The notes under the pieces: generated by a model
Told to the model about the DNA's origin: nothing
The model's input: only the letters and a program-made list of their open reading frames with translations
The model's database searches: none
Shown: positions 1-13,779 of the stretch, in pieces
Layout of the letters: each line of letters opens with the position of its first letter
Numbering within the stretch: the stretch's first letter is position 1
Assembly (NCBI RefSeq): GCF_036588685.1
Contig: NC_086381.1
Span: forward strand, 34,720,001 to 34,784,000
Length of the DNA stretch: 64,000 bases
Source of the DNA: Mytilus trossulus
Taxonomy: Eukaryota
Direction of reading: 5' to 3'
Position numbers and translations under genes: made by a program

Positions 1-492
1 CTTCTTGTTAACTGTAACAATGTAAAATATCGGACATTAAGATATATAAGTATGGAGAGTTGAATTTCAAAAGATGTTAAACAGCTATCCGGATGGTCGA
101 CACGTTTATATAAGATATACCGGTACCACGATGTCTGCACACTATCATCCAAAGCATGTTTACCCTTTTTTCTGAGGGGGCCTTACCCCATGGTTGCCTG
201 GAGTATAGAAGTATGGTCTTCCGTTCCGCAGTAAAACCTTGGTGTGATGCAGAAGTACATGTAGTGCTCAACGCCTGGTCTAAATCGGAACATGAAGTTA
301 GATGTCTCGTGTAGAGAAATTGACTAATGCTGTTTGAAAGAACCCTTGAAACAACTCTGAAGGGTTCGTATATTTTGTAGGTGACATTTTGCTAGGCCAA
401 ATTTCTTTCCCATTTCAACATACCTTAGCTTTTCACAAGCAGTCCACATATGCCCCCTTTCATCTAGGTGGACCTCTAACCAAAATTACCGA

Positions 493-970
493 TTTGTATA
501 CGCCGGTAAAAAAATGCGGGGAGTATTATGGTATACAATGTGCGGCGTCCGTCTGTACGGGGTAAACATGTCGCAGCGTAACTTGAGAGCAACTTATTTA
601 AATTTAATGAAACTTAACATAGTTGTATCGTATGATGGTCAAACAAACTGTATACTTTTTGGTGAAAATAAGATTTAAACTTTTTGAGTTACGGGACTAA
701 AACAAGGGTGTGTTTTTTTCACATGTCGTGTCGTATCTCAAAAATAATTTAAGATTATTGCTTAAAACTGTTTACACTTCTTAGTTATAAACTAAAGATC
801 TGCATACTTTTTAAAGTTTTTAGAGTAATTGAGATTTTTGGTAAAAAAAAAAGTGTGTGTGGGGGGGGGGGGGGGGGGTCACATGTCGCACCGTATCTTA
901 GAAACTATTGAGGATTATTGTATAAAACTTCACACAAGACAACGGGCGTTCGTGCCACAGCTTTTTATTT
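493..970 (+). mobile_element. Degenerate non-autonomous Helentron/HINE (DINE-1-like) element
   Basis: 5' end TTTGTATACGCC...GTATTATGGTATAC followed by GTCC/GTCT-like repeats; two diverged internal units (CACATGTCG..CGTATCT at ~720 and ~880); poly-G tract; 3' GGGCGT subterminal inverted motif. Same terminal layout as the better-preserved copy at 53443-54227. Confidence 0.6.
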
Positions 971-1427
971 CAGTTACATTTACATGGTTTATCTAGGTGG
1001 GCCCCCATTTGCTGAACCTATTTAGAAGAAGGGGGTTAAAAAACACGCTATCATGTATATCTTTATTGTGCCGTAAAAATAAACCCAGTACTAAGCAGTG
1101 TAACTGATGACAAGCTGTGGCTATAGATTACTTTTCAACCTAAGTAACTTAATTATAAATTTGCATGAACATTTATTTATTGATACTTAGTAACCGCAAT
1201 TATGGATTTATCAGTGAAAAATAAATAAATTTGTTTTCAATTACACCTATATCTATTTAAATTAGTTTGTAAAATGTACTTACATATAATGCACATGCCC
1301 ATGATTACTAGAAAGAATTGGTCAATATTCGTTTTGATAATTTGAAGATCCATGTTCGTAGACATTTTCGAAATTAGTTTGTCCTCCAGTTTGTCCGTCT
1401 TCTGAATAGTCAGTTGTCACAAATAAA

Positions 1428-2209
1428 TGTCACAAAAAGAAACTTGGTGTATCTGATGACTGGGTAATTTTTTGGCCTGGAACCACACACACAATAACAA
1501 TACGACTAGTCTGCACGGACTCTGACTCTAGGACTAACTCTTGCAACAAAAAACGACTTCGGTTAGCGCGATGTATAAATTTGACAAGTTAAGCATGGAA
1601 TACAATTGTACAGAGTTGGAACTACTCAGAGTAATACTAAATCCAATCTACCATATCGAAATGATGAAACAGATTATATAACGAACCAAAAGTTACTTGA
1701 ATAACTTGACAAATATTTCTCTAAATGAGTGACAAAGCCAATTAACGGGTAACATAAAATATAACACATAGCCAATTATTAACAATAGAACATACGGACA
1801 TATTTAGGGAATCAAATTAATAAAGATGAATTAATTAAATTGTCGCTAATTGAAAGAAAATAACCACAAAAAATAAGTTTGGCTTAATCTTCCAAACTTG
1901 ACTTAAACCTTTCACACAAAATTCCTAGGTGAAATAAGGCAAATATAATAAACACAGTGATTTTACAGAATCTTTTACAAAATGTCCGACTGAGACTTTA
2001 AATTTATTGAAAAAATAAAGAATGTATGTGTCGTTACGGTTATATAGTTTCAAACAACTAAAACACGTTGTGATCACGCTTCGAACATGCATGTATAAGA
2101 GTTTGGGTATAATGCGTGTTTATTACGAAAAATATTTTATGGAAAACTACCACAGCCGTGAAAAGCAGAATAGCTACATTATAAAGTTTGCTCACTCTTC
2201 CGTGTTACA
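1428..2209. mobile_element. Possible solo LTR
   Basis: Bounded by TGTCAC...GTTACA (TG...CA) with near-identical 5-bp flanks ATAAA/TTAAA. No internal coding sequence or second copy. Confidence 0.25.
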
Positions 2210-2844
2210 TTAAACTGAATATACAGGGACAAAAAAAACAATGATTGTTCAGTGAGTGACATATATAACATGTATACATGATAATTGAAACATTTTTAAA
2301 GGAAAACAACACACCGATTACTACAAGATGTAGTACATTTGTATTTATTTACATGCATGTTTTCGAAAACAACATTTATATTTTAGTTATATTAACATCG
2401 CTTTTTTTCTGTAAATTACATAACCACCTTAATAAGAAAGTTTTTCAACAATCGGGGGTTGAATAGAAGCGGTAAAGTTATAATTTTGTATCAATTTTTA
2501 TTGATATTTCTGCCTTTTTTACAAGAGTTATCACCCTTTTCAACGCAAATCTCCATAGGAATTTTAAATGATGATTTTTTTTAGTCTTCCTCAAGTTAGA
2601 TTTTATGGGACTTTTTCCTGTGTATATTTGGGGTAAAATGCTAAAATTAAAACATCCGTTGCAATTACTTTCGGGTTAGGGTCAAATTTATGCTACATTG
2701 ACTAGACTAGTACATGTATCAGTTCTTTTGTAAAGTACAGAGTTTGCATGCACAGTCACGTGTTTCCCCGTAAGATACTTTTTCTTTTTAAAATGATGAC
2801 CTGTCTATCATTTGATGTGAAATGTATCTTTAAACAAAACTTAC

Positions 2845-2941
2845 AATATACAACCATTCCCATGATGATAAGGAAAAACTGATCCAAAGAAAAAGAAAGA
2901 GATGATATTTCTTTAGCTGTATCAGTAGCGTTTGAAGACAT
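2845..2941 (-). CDS. Amt: First coding exon of a probable ammonium transporter (Amt family); remainder lies off the left edge
   Basis: Exon 3049-2845 has a polypyrimidine-CAG acceptor and GTAAGT donor. An in-frame stop precedes the ATG at 2941. Translation MSSNATDTAKEISSLSFSLDQFFLIIMGMVVY resembles the start of TM1 of invertebrate Amt proteins (LDQFFLIIMGxxxxxMQxGF). No downstream exon found in 1-2844. Candidate 5'UTR exon donor at 5070. Confidence 0.6.
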
Positions 2942-3560
2942 TCTCAAGGACTTTTCTACTGTCTCCCACAAATTGTTCTTTGTGTGTATTTCCTCAAGTT
3001 GGTTATAATCTGTCTCCCTGTCTGTAACTTCTTGAGTATACTCTTAGCTCTGGAAAAAATGCAAAACAATAGTTTACGATTGTTTTTTAAATGACGTTTA
3101 TTTATATACGAAATGACTGAATACTAGTAGATAGAAAAATCATTTTCAAAGCAAGTCAGTGGCAGTTTCAGAAATTGTGCTAAAAGTGGATGGGACTGAC
3201 TGTCAAAAAGGGGGGAGAAACAGGCTTCAGTGATTTCATAAATAATCAGCCTATTTTTCCCCACAGAGGAAGAGGGACCTTGTCCCCGCCTTGATTCGCC
3301 TTTGTCAAAGTTTGGCGTGTATGGTGAGTGATGAATAGATCGAAGAAGAAATAACACGTATTTTTAAATGCAAGAAAATAATATATTTTGGGTAAAATCA
3401 TCCGGATGTCACGTTTAAGACACGAAGTAGCTGTTCCATGTGTTATTTGAATACATTAAGCTTATATAAGTCCTATATATAGGCCTAAGTATTATTTAAA
3501 AAACAACATTCACAAAAAAAAAGTTATTATACTAAGTTAAATATAAAGCAGTTTAGCTTA

Positions 3561-3775
3561 TTAAGGGCATACGATACAGTTTTGATTCCGTATTTACATT
3601 TTGATAAAACAAAATCCATATAGACTATGTTTTACCTGATTAAATAAAATATGTAATAAAAAATATATCTTCATGTGCTATTTTTTTTAGTAAAATGAGG
3701 TCGAAATTTTGCATATTTGCTCAAAATTCGGATTTGTGGCCGTATTTTCTGTTTCGAAAGAAAACCATAAACGCA
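3561..3775. mobile_element. One end of a truncated TIR DNA transposon/MITE starting at TTAA
   Basis: TTAA followed by GGGCATACGATACAGTTTTGAT..., recalled as a common mussel MITE terminus. Matching right TIR not found. Confidence 0.3.
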
Positions 3776-6339
3776 TTGACACTTTGAAAAAGTCATATTT
3801 AAAAATATCCTGTGAAAAGTTGTGTCTATTATCTTAAATGTCGCATCAAATCGAGAAAATCTTGATATGTCTGAAAGGGTTTAAAATGTTGAGATCTAAC
3901 TATAACCTTTGCTTACCTTAAAATTGTCAGACATTTTCAACCGGAGTTATTGCCATACCAAGACGTATTTTATCATTTTTTTCATTTTTTCGAATAATCA
4001 TGAAAATTTTACCAGATTGAGAGAAACTTTTTTGAAAATACCAAAAATAATCAGCTTGACAAAGTCAATCAAAATAGCTGAAACCGTTCGACGAGAGTTT
4101 TGACAGTTAATGTCGATTTTGAGCATTTTTGGGAGTTTTTGCCTTATATCTTAAAACACTTTAAACAGCAAAAATGATCAACAAGACATGATCTATGAAT
4201 GTCATCATCATGACCTAATTCGTCAGTCGACTCCTTATCAGAGTTTTTGCTTGCTCATGACAATGTTTACTATTTTTGCATGATTGCCTTTGATCTTAAG
4301 TTTTATTTTTCGACCAAAAAAGGGGGGATCAAATTATCATTAAAGGGCAATGATTTTTATGAAGAGTCGATAAATAGTTATAAGCTCAAGTGAGCAAAAC
4401 ATTTCGGAAAAAAATAAATGATCTTAAGATCTCGTCTTGCTGATCAGTATTGCTTTTTGAATGAAGATAAAGAGAAATTGTGTGTATAAAGAAAAGTTAT
4501 CAGTAGCTATACACACAATCAACAACAAAAAACAACTTCGTCGTGAATTATTTTCTAGTCAACAACGTTGGATATTTTGCAAGTATGTTAGCGACATAGC
4601 ATCTTTAGAGTCTCTATTTGCAATATGTTAACAAATATAAGATCATATAAGATTGGACACAAGTATTGCAACTTATATAAAGTTTTCCTCAGTCATACAA
4701 ATAATAATATGTTAATGTTTAAATATCAAAAATGCTTTTGAACTAAAATATTTTACAAATTGCAATACATATTCAGTGACAAAAAATCATAAGCAATAAA
4801 TGTCCTAGACATTAAAATAAATCAAAATCAAATAAGAAAAGACTGGCTGCTAAATTTGGAAAATAAATTATTTTATGTGCATAAGCATTATTTGTTTACA
4901 TATACATGAACGTGAAAAGATAATTTAAAGTCGTTATTTCAACAAGAACGCAACTTGAAGATTCTGTGGTTTTTATGATGCAAAATAGATCGGTATAATG
5001 TATGGATGCAATTGAATTTACGTGAAATGATATTCCGATGTTGAACTGTGAAAACAAAATCACTACTTACGGTTATTCAAATCTAAAGTTCAAATTCAAT
5101 GTTAAAGCTTCAGTCAAGGACAAATCAGTGGTCCGCTCTCAAAATCTAAATGAAAAATGTTCAACTTTGTTGTTTTCCCTTCTTTAAAAACATATCGCAC
5201 TAGTTTTTAACCAACACTCAGGTCAGTACAAATCACACACGTTGTTTTGCCGCTAGGTGTTTCGAAATTCTGACATACTTTGGCACTGAGTAGATTATTT
5301 ATTGATTAGTTTTCCTTTAACAATCTACTGAGTTGTATCTATTGTTTGTTAGTTTGCTCTTTTATGGCATTATTGTTATTATTTCATTACTCATTACAGC
5401 AATATATTTTTTTTAATATTTCAAAGAATTCTCTTCCTATATATGTAATTGGCAGATGGCTTATCATTTTTGTTCGCATATTCAAGATTTTTTTGCGTTA
5501 TAAATAGTCGGATAACCAATTTAAGGTCACGATCACAGAGTAGAAGACAGCTTAACTCCACCAATGGGTCTTCAACACAGCAAGAAAATTCTGCATCTAA
5601 AGGCGAGCCTCAGCTGGCCCCTGCTCGTATTACTGTTTCATTATGGGATATACACCATTTAAAATAATTATTTGTTTTTCATATTCATCCCAAAGATTGA
5701 ATCGGAGTTAGAAATATAGTCATCTGGACTTCTGTTATAAATTCGGTAATAACAAAACACTCATACTAAAAATGTTGTGTTGGATGTATAAATACACAGC
5801 CACGTCAATCTTGCGACTCGTACAGAGAGCTAGGTGTCATGTTTTCTGCACCATTGTAACAACTCTTTGAGGGGTTGTATGTGCTATTTCTTGTAAGACT
5901 CATTTTCTGCCATTATCAAACACAATCTCTTTTCCCGATGGCTGTCTTAATTTGAGTCTTGTAGGGCGGATTCCTGTCAGAACCTGCCTACGTTTTTGTT
6001 TAAATTCTATTAAATGTGTATGTATTACAACAACATGTTGGCTTCATAGTTTTCTTTTGTTTTCTGGCATAGTTTCAATGCTGTTTACTAGTAATTGGTG
6101 TCCCAATGTGTTTTAATGCATAGAAAAGTATGATCATTTGATGTTAATGCAGTTCTTAAAATAACACAATAAACTGTTAAAATTAAAGGCTAGGTCCTCG
6201 TTAAAAAATAATCTAATGACAGAAGTTGACAGAAATTCTCTTATCAGGATAGTCATCAAATAAAAGACCATTTCGGGAAGACAGTGCCCATATGAGCGTG
6301 TTAATTTTGTCTATGATGATGAAGAATTACATGGGTGTT

Positions 6340-6535
6340 CATACATTAGGCCGTTAGTTTTCTCTTTTGAATTGTTTCACATTGTCATTTCGGGGCCTTT
6401 TATAGCTTGCTATGCGATATAGGCTATGTTTATTGTTGAAGGCCGTACAGTGACCTATATTTGTTAATGTCGGTGTCTTTGGTCTCTTGTAGAGAGTTGT
6501 CGTATTTGCAATCATACCACATCTTCTTTTTTATA
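6340..6535 (-). repeat. Abundant short interspersed repeat, family A
   Basis: Core AAGAAGATGTGGTATGA..GCCAATGAGACAACT.TCCA recurs in both orientations at ~7749-8045, 9810-10038, 40318-40500, 50977-51090 and 60104-60240. Confidence 0.8.
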
Positions 6536-6801
6536 TAGTTACATACATTAATGCTATGTGTATTGTTTATTTTGTAAGATATTAATAAATGATATTACAA
6601 GTCCAGTCAACTTGCATGAGAAAAAAAATTAAACCGAGAACTGAAGACAACAAACATTGAGGATTATTTTTTTATTGAAATATATCAAAGTTTGACGTTA
6701 AGTTAGGACCAATCTCATAGACGCTATGCCTGACTTTGTAATGTTTTCGATCTGTAAATCAGCATCAAAATCAAAATCACCGTCACATTATTCAAAGACC
6801 A

Positions 6802-9800
6802 TTAAATTTTGGAATTCTGAATATCCACAGGTGCCATACCGCCAAGGGTATTGTTAGAATATGGCGGTGGTTGTGCTATGGTATTGCTCGATGACGGAGG
6901 GTAACCAGTATTTGGCGGGTAAGCTGTATTTGACGGGTATCCAGTAGACGGTGGCGGGTAATTATGAGGATAATTTGGTTGCTGTGCAAGGTATGTAGTG
7001 TTTCCATCGTAATATGTTTGCTGTCCTGGTAAAAGATAAAGAATAGAATGATAAAAATAAAGAATATTACTTCAAAATCATTTATACAGCTATTATACAC
7101 TGGTTATTTCAGAGAAAGATTGAAAGGGATATCTGACATAATCCAGTATTTCAGATAATATTGACCTAAATTTTTTCTATAAGTAATATGCATAAATGAA
7201 TATTCTTCTGTATTTTCGATAAGGTATTAAACACATGGCAGAATTTTGGATTATAATACAATAATTTCATGTTAATTATGCACTGTGCAATGTATTATCA
7301 ACCAGATTTAAGTACATCAGAAATGTATATAATTATGTATATGTCTTCAAAAGTAACAAACAAGCAATCACAAACACAAAGCCCTTTTTTAATGCATATT
7401 TTTATGAATAAAATATGATATTGAATAAAACAAACCGATTTGAGATGCGTTGGTATAGGCTACAGTTGTACCGGATGTTGCTGTAGGCTGTACGATTTGG
7501 CCATGTGATCCTGAGGACTTCGCTACTGCCTTACAAATGCAAACAACTATTGCAATAACAACTCCTAAAGCAAACAGACATCCAACCACTATGCCAGCTA
7601 TCACACCTGTACTTCTGTAAAATATGTAATTTAATCTCATTATTATCTCGCATAATCTATTTGTTAAGAAGATTGTTATGTGTTCATATCGTTCTGAGAT
7701 ATCATGTAAACACAAGGATCGAGATTTGATGATATTTGCTATTGATATATAAAAAAGAAGATGTGGTATGATTACCAATGAGACAACTATCCACAAAAGA
7801 CCAAAATAACACAGACATTAACAACTATAGGTCACCGTACTCTTCAACAATGAGCAAAGCCCATACCGCATAGACAGCCATAAAAGGCCCCGATAAAACA
7901 ATGTAAACAATTCAAAACGAGAAAACTAACGGCCTTATTTATTTTTAAAAAAATAACGAAAAACAAAGATGTAACACATAAACAAACGACAACCACTGAA
8001 TTTACAGACTCCTGTCTTGGGACAGGCACATACATAAATAATGTGCCTTTGAGACAACTTTTGTTTACAAAGTCGAATTTAATAAAGCTAAGTGAAAATA
8101 ACGAATTAATCTCTATTTCTTAGTGAGTCACGAGTTGAAGGGTGGTCAGCTTTTCAGATGGAAAATTCAAGCTTTTTTGGAATATTTTTTTTAGAATCCG
8201 TACGAAAAAATGAGTGACAATTCAGTGTAAAAATATTGGAAAACTTGAACAACATTTAGAAGGAAGTTATTTATCATAGATTGGTTACGGCAAAATAGTA
8301 ATAACGACACAGCTGTGTCATAAAACGACATCTTTTATCGTAATAACAACAACAAAAAACATATAGGCAACAAAACATTATCCCAACGGTCGCACCCTTC
8401 TCAAAATACCTGCATTTTTAAAATGATTTATTAAAATGATTACTAATTAAAATGACTTACACAACACTGACAGCATCAGAGTAGTCGTAGTATGAATAGT
8501 AGTGTAAACAGGTATCGTGACCATAGGTACCAGAGCAGAAGCCACTACAGTATGTAGAATAGACATACGAACCGGAAGTCTTGTAGCAGGTGTCAGCGAA
8601 TACTGTTATAGCTGTAAAATCAGATAGATTAAACAATAATAAACAGTAATATCACAACAGTACTTAACTCCGAAAAAAATTCTAAACGGAAAGTATCTGA
8701 TCAAATGGCAAAATCAAAAGCTCAAAGACATCCAACGAATGGAAAACAACTGTCATATTCCTAACTTAGTACCGGCATTTTCTTATATAGAAAATATTGG
8801 ATTAAAACTGGTTTCAAAGCTAGCTTAACCTCTCACTTGTATGACAGTCTCACCAAATTCCATTATATTGACAACGTTGTATGAACAACAAAAAAACGAA
8901 ATAAGTCCAAATGTCACAAATAGGGGTATAACAGCAACACGAACCCGAACGTTAAACAACAGATCCTGCTCTACATATGGCACCCGTCTTGTTGCTTATG
9001 TTATTACAAAACCGGTTAATAGTATAACTCGGTAGGTTACATTCATAAAAAATGAACGGGTTTATAATTACGACATTGTGGATTGAACCTGGTTTTATAG
9101 CTAGATTTACCTCTCACTTATGTGACAGTCGCATCAAATTCCATTATATTGACAACGATGTGTGAACTAAACAAATAGACGTTAAAGGACACATGTCAGT
9201 ATTACAGCAGTCTACATTGTGTTATAATCTCAATCACTTAAAAACCAACACATGTGTAATATAGAAGCACAAAATGGCATATAGATCCAGCATATTAGCA
9301 AAAATTAAACACAAAAAACACAAATTTACCATAGTACAAAAACACAATGATTGAATGTTTAAATACACAGCCACGTCATATATGTAACAAAGAAACATAA
9401 AAAGGCATATAGACAAAGCACATAGCAAAAATGAAAGACAAAAAACAAACATGTTATACAATGATATAATTGATCGTAAAATCGGATCAATTTTGTTGTG
9501 AGATATTTGTTTTATCTATGAGAAAGTTTGATAACTTGCAGTGTGAACATTTATTTCTTAAACAGTTGTGTTTTATCTGAAAGCAATATATGTAAAGCCA
9601 CGGAACCCGGGGATGAAGCATTCAGCTTTTCAAACCTTTTATATACGTTATTGTGCAAATGTAATAATCTCTTTATTTTACGCTTTTAAAAATCTACATG
9701 TTGAGAGATGATTACTGAGCTTATAGATGAAATTGAGGATAATTTATGTTAGAAAACTAATTGGCTAGCACCAAATATAATTCAGGCAAATATTTATATT

Positions 9801-10610
9801 CAGTAGTTTGTTGCTGTATTTCATATCTGTTTTTCGTTATGTACATAAATCTGACCGTTAGTTCTCTTATTAATTTACATTCGTCACTCTATGGTCTTTA
9901 ATAACCTACTCCGTATGTGGTATGGGTTTTGCTCGTGTTTTGAAGAGTGTACGTTGACCTATAGTTGAAACTTCTATGTCATGTTGGTATCTAGTGGCGA
10001 GTTTCTCATTGGCAATCAAACCACATCTTATTTTTATATTCAAGCCAATTTTGTAACGGCATGCTAAAGGAAGGGTTTTCCCATCTACTGTAGTAAAATG
10101 AAACCATTGATGTATTTTGTTTCAATGAAATCCTACGTAACTCCTTTCAAAATGAAATGTGTCTGCTTCGCATAAAAAGGGTTAATAATGCTTTCTGGTC
10201 TAGATATATCTATAGTTCTTATCACCAAGTATTTAGGTATAGAGCAGATATATATAAAACCACATTTCATGCATAAAATACAAATATATAAGTGCAAAGT
10301 AGACACAAAAAGCAATTCCAATCTATTGAAGAGGACACACTAGCTAGTCATATTGGATTCCGTGGCGAATGTCACGATATAATATTGAATATTTATATTC
10401 TGCTAACATACATCTCGTGTTCTTGTGTTACCCTAGTCATTTTTGAGGGCAGTTTGATGAATAATCGTAACTTCATTGTGACTAATGCAGATCCGATTAA
10501 AACAAAATCAGAAACCAATGCTATATTGTAAACCGTCAATATAAGGCCAAATCTTATTTTAAAAAGGTCTATTTACCTGTAGCAGCTAAAATACTCAAGG
10601 CCTGAATCAT
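6802..10610 (-). CDS. CYYR1/Shisa-like single-pass membrane protein, 4 exons, 195 aa
   Basis: Exons 10610-10577, 8611-8461, 7614-7436 and 7025-6802 join in frame via GT-AG (phases 1,2,1). Signal peptide MIQALSILAATAITVFA, Cys/Tyr-rich ectodomain, TM GVIAGIVVGCLFALGVVIAIVVCIC, Pro/Tyr-rich tail with PPPY. AATAAA at 6676-6671. Confidence 0.88.
8645..8930 (+). repeat. Abundant interspersed repeat, family B
   Basis: AACTCCGAGGAAAATTCAAAACGGAAAG...CAAATGGCAAAATCAAAAG...AACAACTGTCATATTCC recurs at ~10985-11145, 30985-31232, 38780-38990 and inverted at ~35100-35340. Confidence 0.8.
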
Positions 10611-13600
10611 TGTTATAATTCTTTTGCAGTCCTTTTGCGAATGTAATCCGTTTAAAAGAATCAATTTTCAAAAAGAGATCATAGAAACTTTCTTTTATTA
10701 CTCTTGTATAAATAAAGTACCAAATAAAAATGTTCGTACCTTGAGGTAACCAGAAATGTCAAATTTTGATATAGCTAATTAAATACTTCAAAACTAAATA
10801 AACCGTTGACAACGTTTAAACAATGCAATGTATATTAAAATAATAAAGCTAATCAATTTACTATTCCCAACATTATATCGATTTAAAGATTTTATAATTT
10901 CCTATTTTGTTGTAAAATGTACTTGCTCTAAAAATTGTTTAATTTATATTTTCAGTTTTTCCTCCTCTTTTCTATGAAAAAAGTAAGTATAGTACCGAAC
11001 TCCGAGGAAAATTCAAAACGGAAAGACCGTAATCGAATTGAAAAATCAAAAACTCACACAAATCAAACCAATTGATAAAACCTGTCATATTCCTGCCATT
11101 TTCTTATAATTTGATGCTGGGCTGAACCTGGTTTTATAGCTAGCTAGCGGAAACATTGTACAATGTATCATCAGCTTACAGATTTACGGAAAGTATCGAT
11201 TCTGACTGTTGACTCTGAAAGCAAAAATTACAGGGGTCGTTTCAAAAGTTAAATTAACGGCGCACTTGATTCATTAGGAGTTCATAAACGAAGCATACTA
11301 TCTCTCCACTGGCAATAAGAATTCAAACTGGAATATGGAGTTTTCGTAGGTTCACTAAAATCACATTTCACTCGGACCTGTCGTCAAGCTCATGACATAC
11401 AAATGTATATGAAGCCAGATACGTTATTTTGATACATTTTGCCTGCATGTTTAATGCCATAGTCATATATATAAATATGTACATACATAAGAACATTAAC
11501 ATAGCTGGTCCTCTGATATGAACATTTTCAAGTTATCGAGATACAAATGAATATCAATGCTAGGAAGCAATCTTTATTCTATACAAGGGAGAGGGTAAGA
11601 AGAAGACATTTCCAATAAACAAAACAGTACCAATATATCAATGAAGAAACAAATTAAGGACCAGTTCAAGTATAAAAAAAGTCAGACTCGATGAAAAATA
11701 TGTAGAACCAAAGTTTTCTTCTCAGCCCATCCCTCCTAAAACCAAAAACAAACAACTAAAAGGTCGCTAATTTATTAGTGGTGTCGGAGAAGCGGGAACA
11801 TGTAGTCAGTGCTAATCATATTACTGGAAAATATGTGCATACAAAATGATTCAACAGATGTGGTTTTGAACTTAGGGGAGTCTAAAGGGACCTGGTTCCC
11901 TTTTCTGGAAAGTTTTATTAAATTAACGGAAATGTTTGGCACAAACATGTATTCTGGGCAAACATGGCATCGGTGATTTTAATTTTTTTTATTAAGGTAT
12001 GGGTAATTTGTTAAAGGCACCCAAGACAAAAACTCGGACAAATTGTGGGGACTTTTGAAGGATTTGTAAACAGATGACAAACCTGATTTGATTATATATA
12101 TCACTGTGTAACATCTTTTTACCTTGAGAAGCTAATTATTTAGTACCTTTTTATCTAGAGATGACCCCTATTATTTTTACCTGTCGGAGTCGGTGTCAAC
12201 TGTCGGTACCGAGACTTTCCGTAAATGTAAATATAGTCAGTACTTCGCTTCATACATCATTTAAAGATAAACTCATCACAGATACCATATGACAGTTTTG
12301 AACTCCGAAAGCGAATTTTGTCTACAAAAAAAAGTTTAAATGGCCAAAATAGTAAACGAAGTTGAAGAGCATTATAGACAAACTATTCCGAAAGGTTTTG
12401 CCAAATACGACTAAAGTTAATTTATACCTTGGGTCGAAAATTCTTAGCATTTCGAAACATTCTGAGTTGTATTGACAGTTAATTTACACTTATATAATAT
12501 GACCATATCAATGATAATTCACATCAGCACATAAGTGCTGACTTCTGAATCCTTTTTAAATTCTTCGTTGATAATTATTTGTACGAAACTAAGGTTTCAA
12601 CTCACTCACACAATTTGACCTTAAATACATTTTGCTATTCATTGTAGGTCCATATTTCGGTCGTACAGCTTCACAAGTTTCGAAATATTTATGAAACTTC
12701 AAATGTTTGGCTTTGAGTAAAATTTATTCATGATGAAGGTAAATAAAAAAAAAGAGTTCGAACGCACCAAAGTGGTATAAAGTGTTATCTTCACTTCACT
12801 TAGTTGTTACCACGTCTTGTGGATCCATTCGACTCAACTCGCCCGATTCCGTAACCTCATCTAGGAGAGTAGCGGATTTTACCGAGGATTGCCGAATGCT
12901 TGTGGATCGTTTGTCCCTGATGATATCATCAGCTCAATAGTTAGTGCGTCACACAGCATAATGTGTTTTTTTTTAATATACAGATTAAATGGTCTAAAAA
13001 ATACACAAATGGAAACTTAAACAGATTCTTCTAACTGACGAAGAAAAATGAAAAATAATGTCAAACATAACGGAGATATGATGAAACAAGAGTGTGTATG
13101 CAGTAAAGGCTTTTGCGAAACTGAAAGTCGTTTTCTCTTCCTGTCTTTTTTGCACAAGGATAATAGTTACGCTGAACGGTGCCCACTGGTCACCCTATAA
13201 ATAGTACTCTTCTGTGTAGTAATATTGTAGTTCTAAAAATAGAAAACCAAAAATAGACAATTCTTCTTTCTATTTAGCAATACACCATAGATCTAAAGCC
13301 TATCACCGTCTGTATTATCTGTAAGTAAAATTAACGTACTGAGCAATTGAATACAATGAATAACACAAACTTCAGTTTAATGAAGTTATTCAAAGCAAAA
13401 TATTTGTTTCATCCATTTTGCATGATTTGTCATTTGTGATGACACGTTTTTTAAATGTTCGAATCACAGACTAGAAGGAAATCTTCTTTTTTCAGAAGTC
13501 CGCGGAAAATGTAGATAAGAGTGGTATGTATGCATTTAATGTATTGTATGAAAACATTTAATATGATGGCAACATACACTATGTTTATATAAAGCTGCAA

Positions 13601-13779
13601 CTATCAATCTTTTAATCTTTTTGAACTTAAAACTTGCAATCGTTTGGCTACATAGGCTTGATTGAACGAATCATTTTTTGTTTCATAATTACCTTACACA
13701 AATATTTAATTAGATTACATGTGGTCATCTTAACCAGAAATAGGATTTGTTAACCTCTGTTGGCCTTAATATGCTAGAA

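Noticed and set aside
61-400. Relatively GC-rich, coding-looking stretch with a 64-aa ORF
   Set aside because: Stops in the frames I read and no recognisable motif; it is not the expected Amt exon 2.
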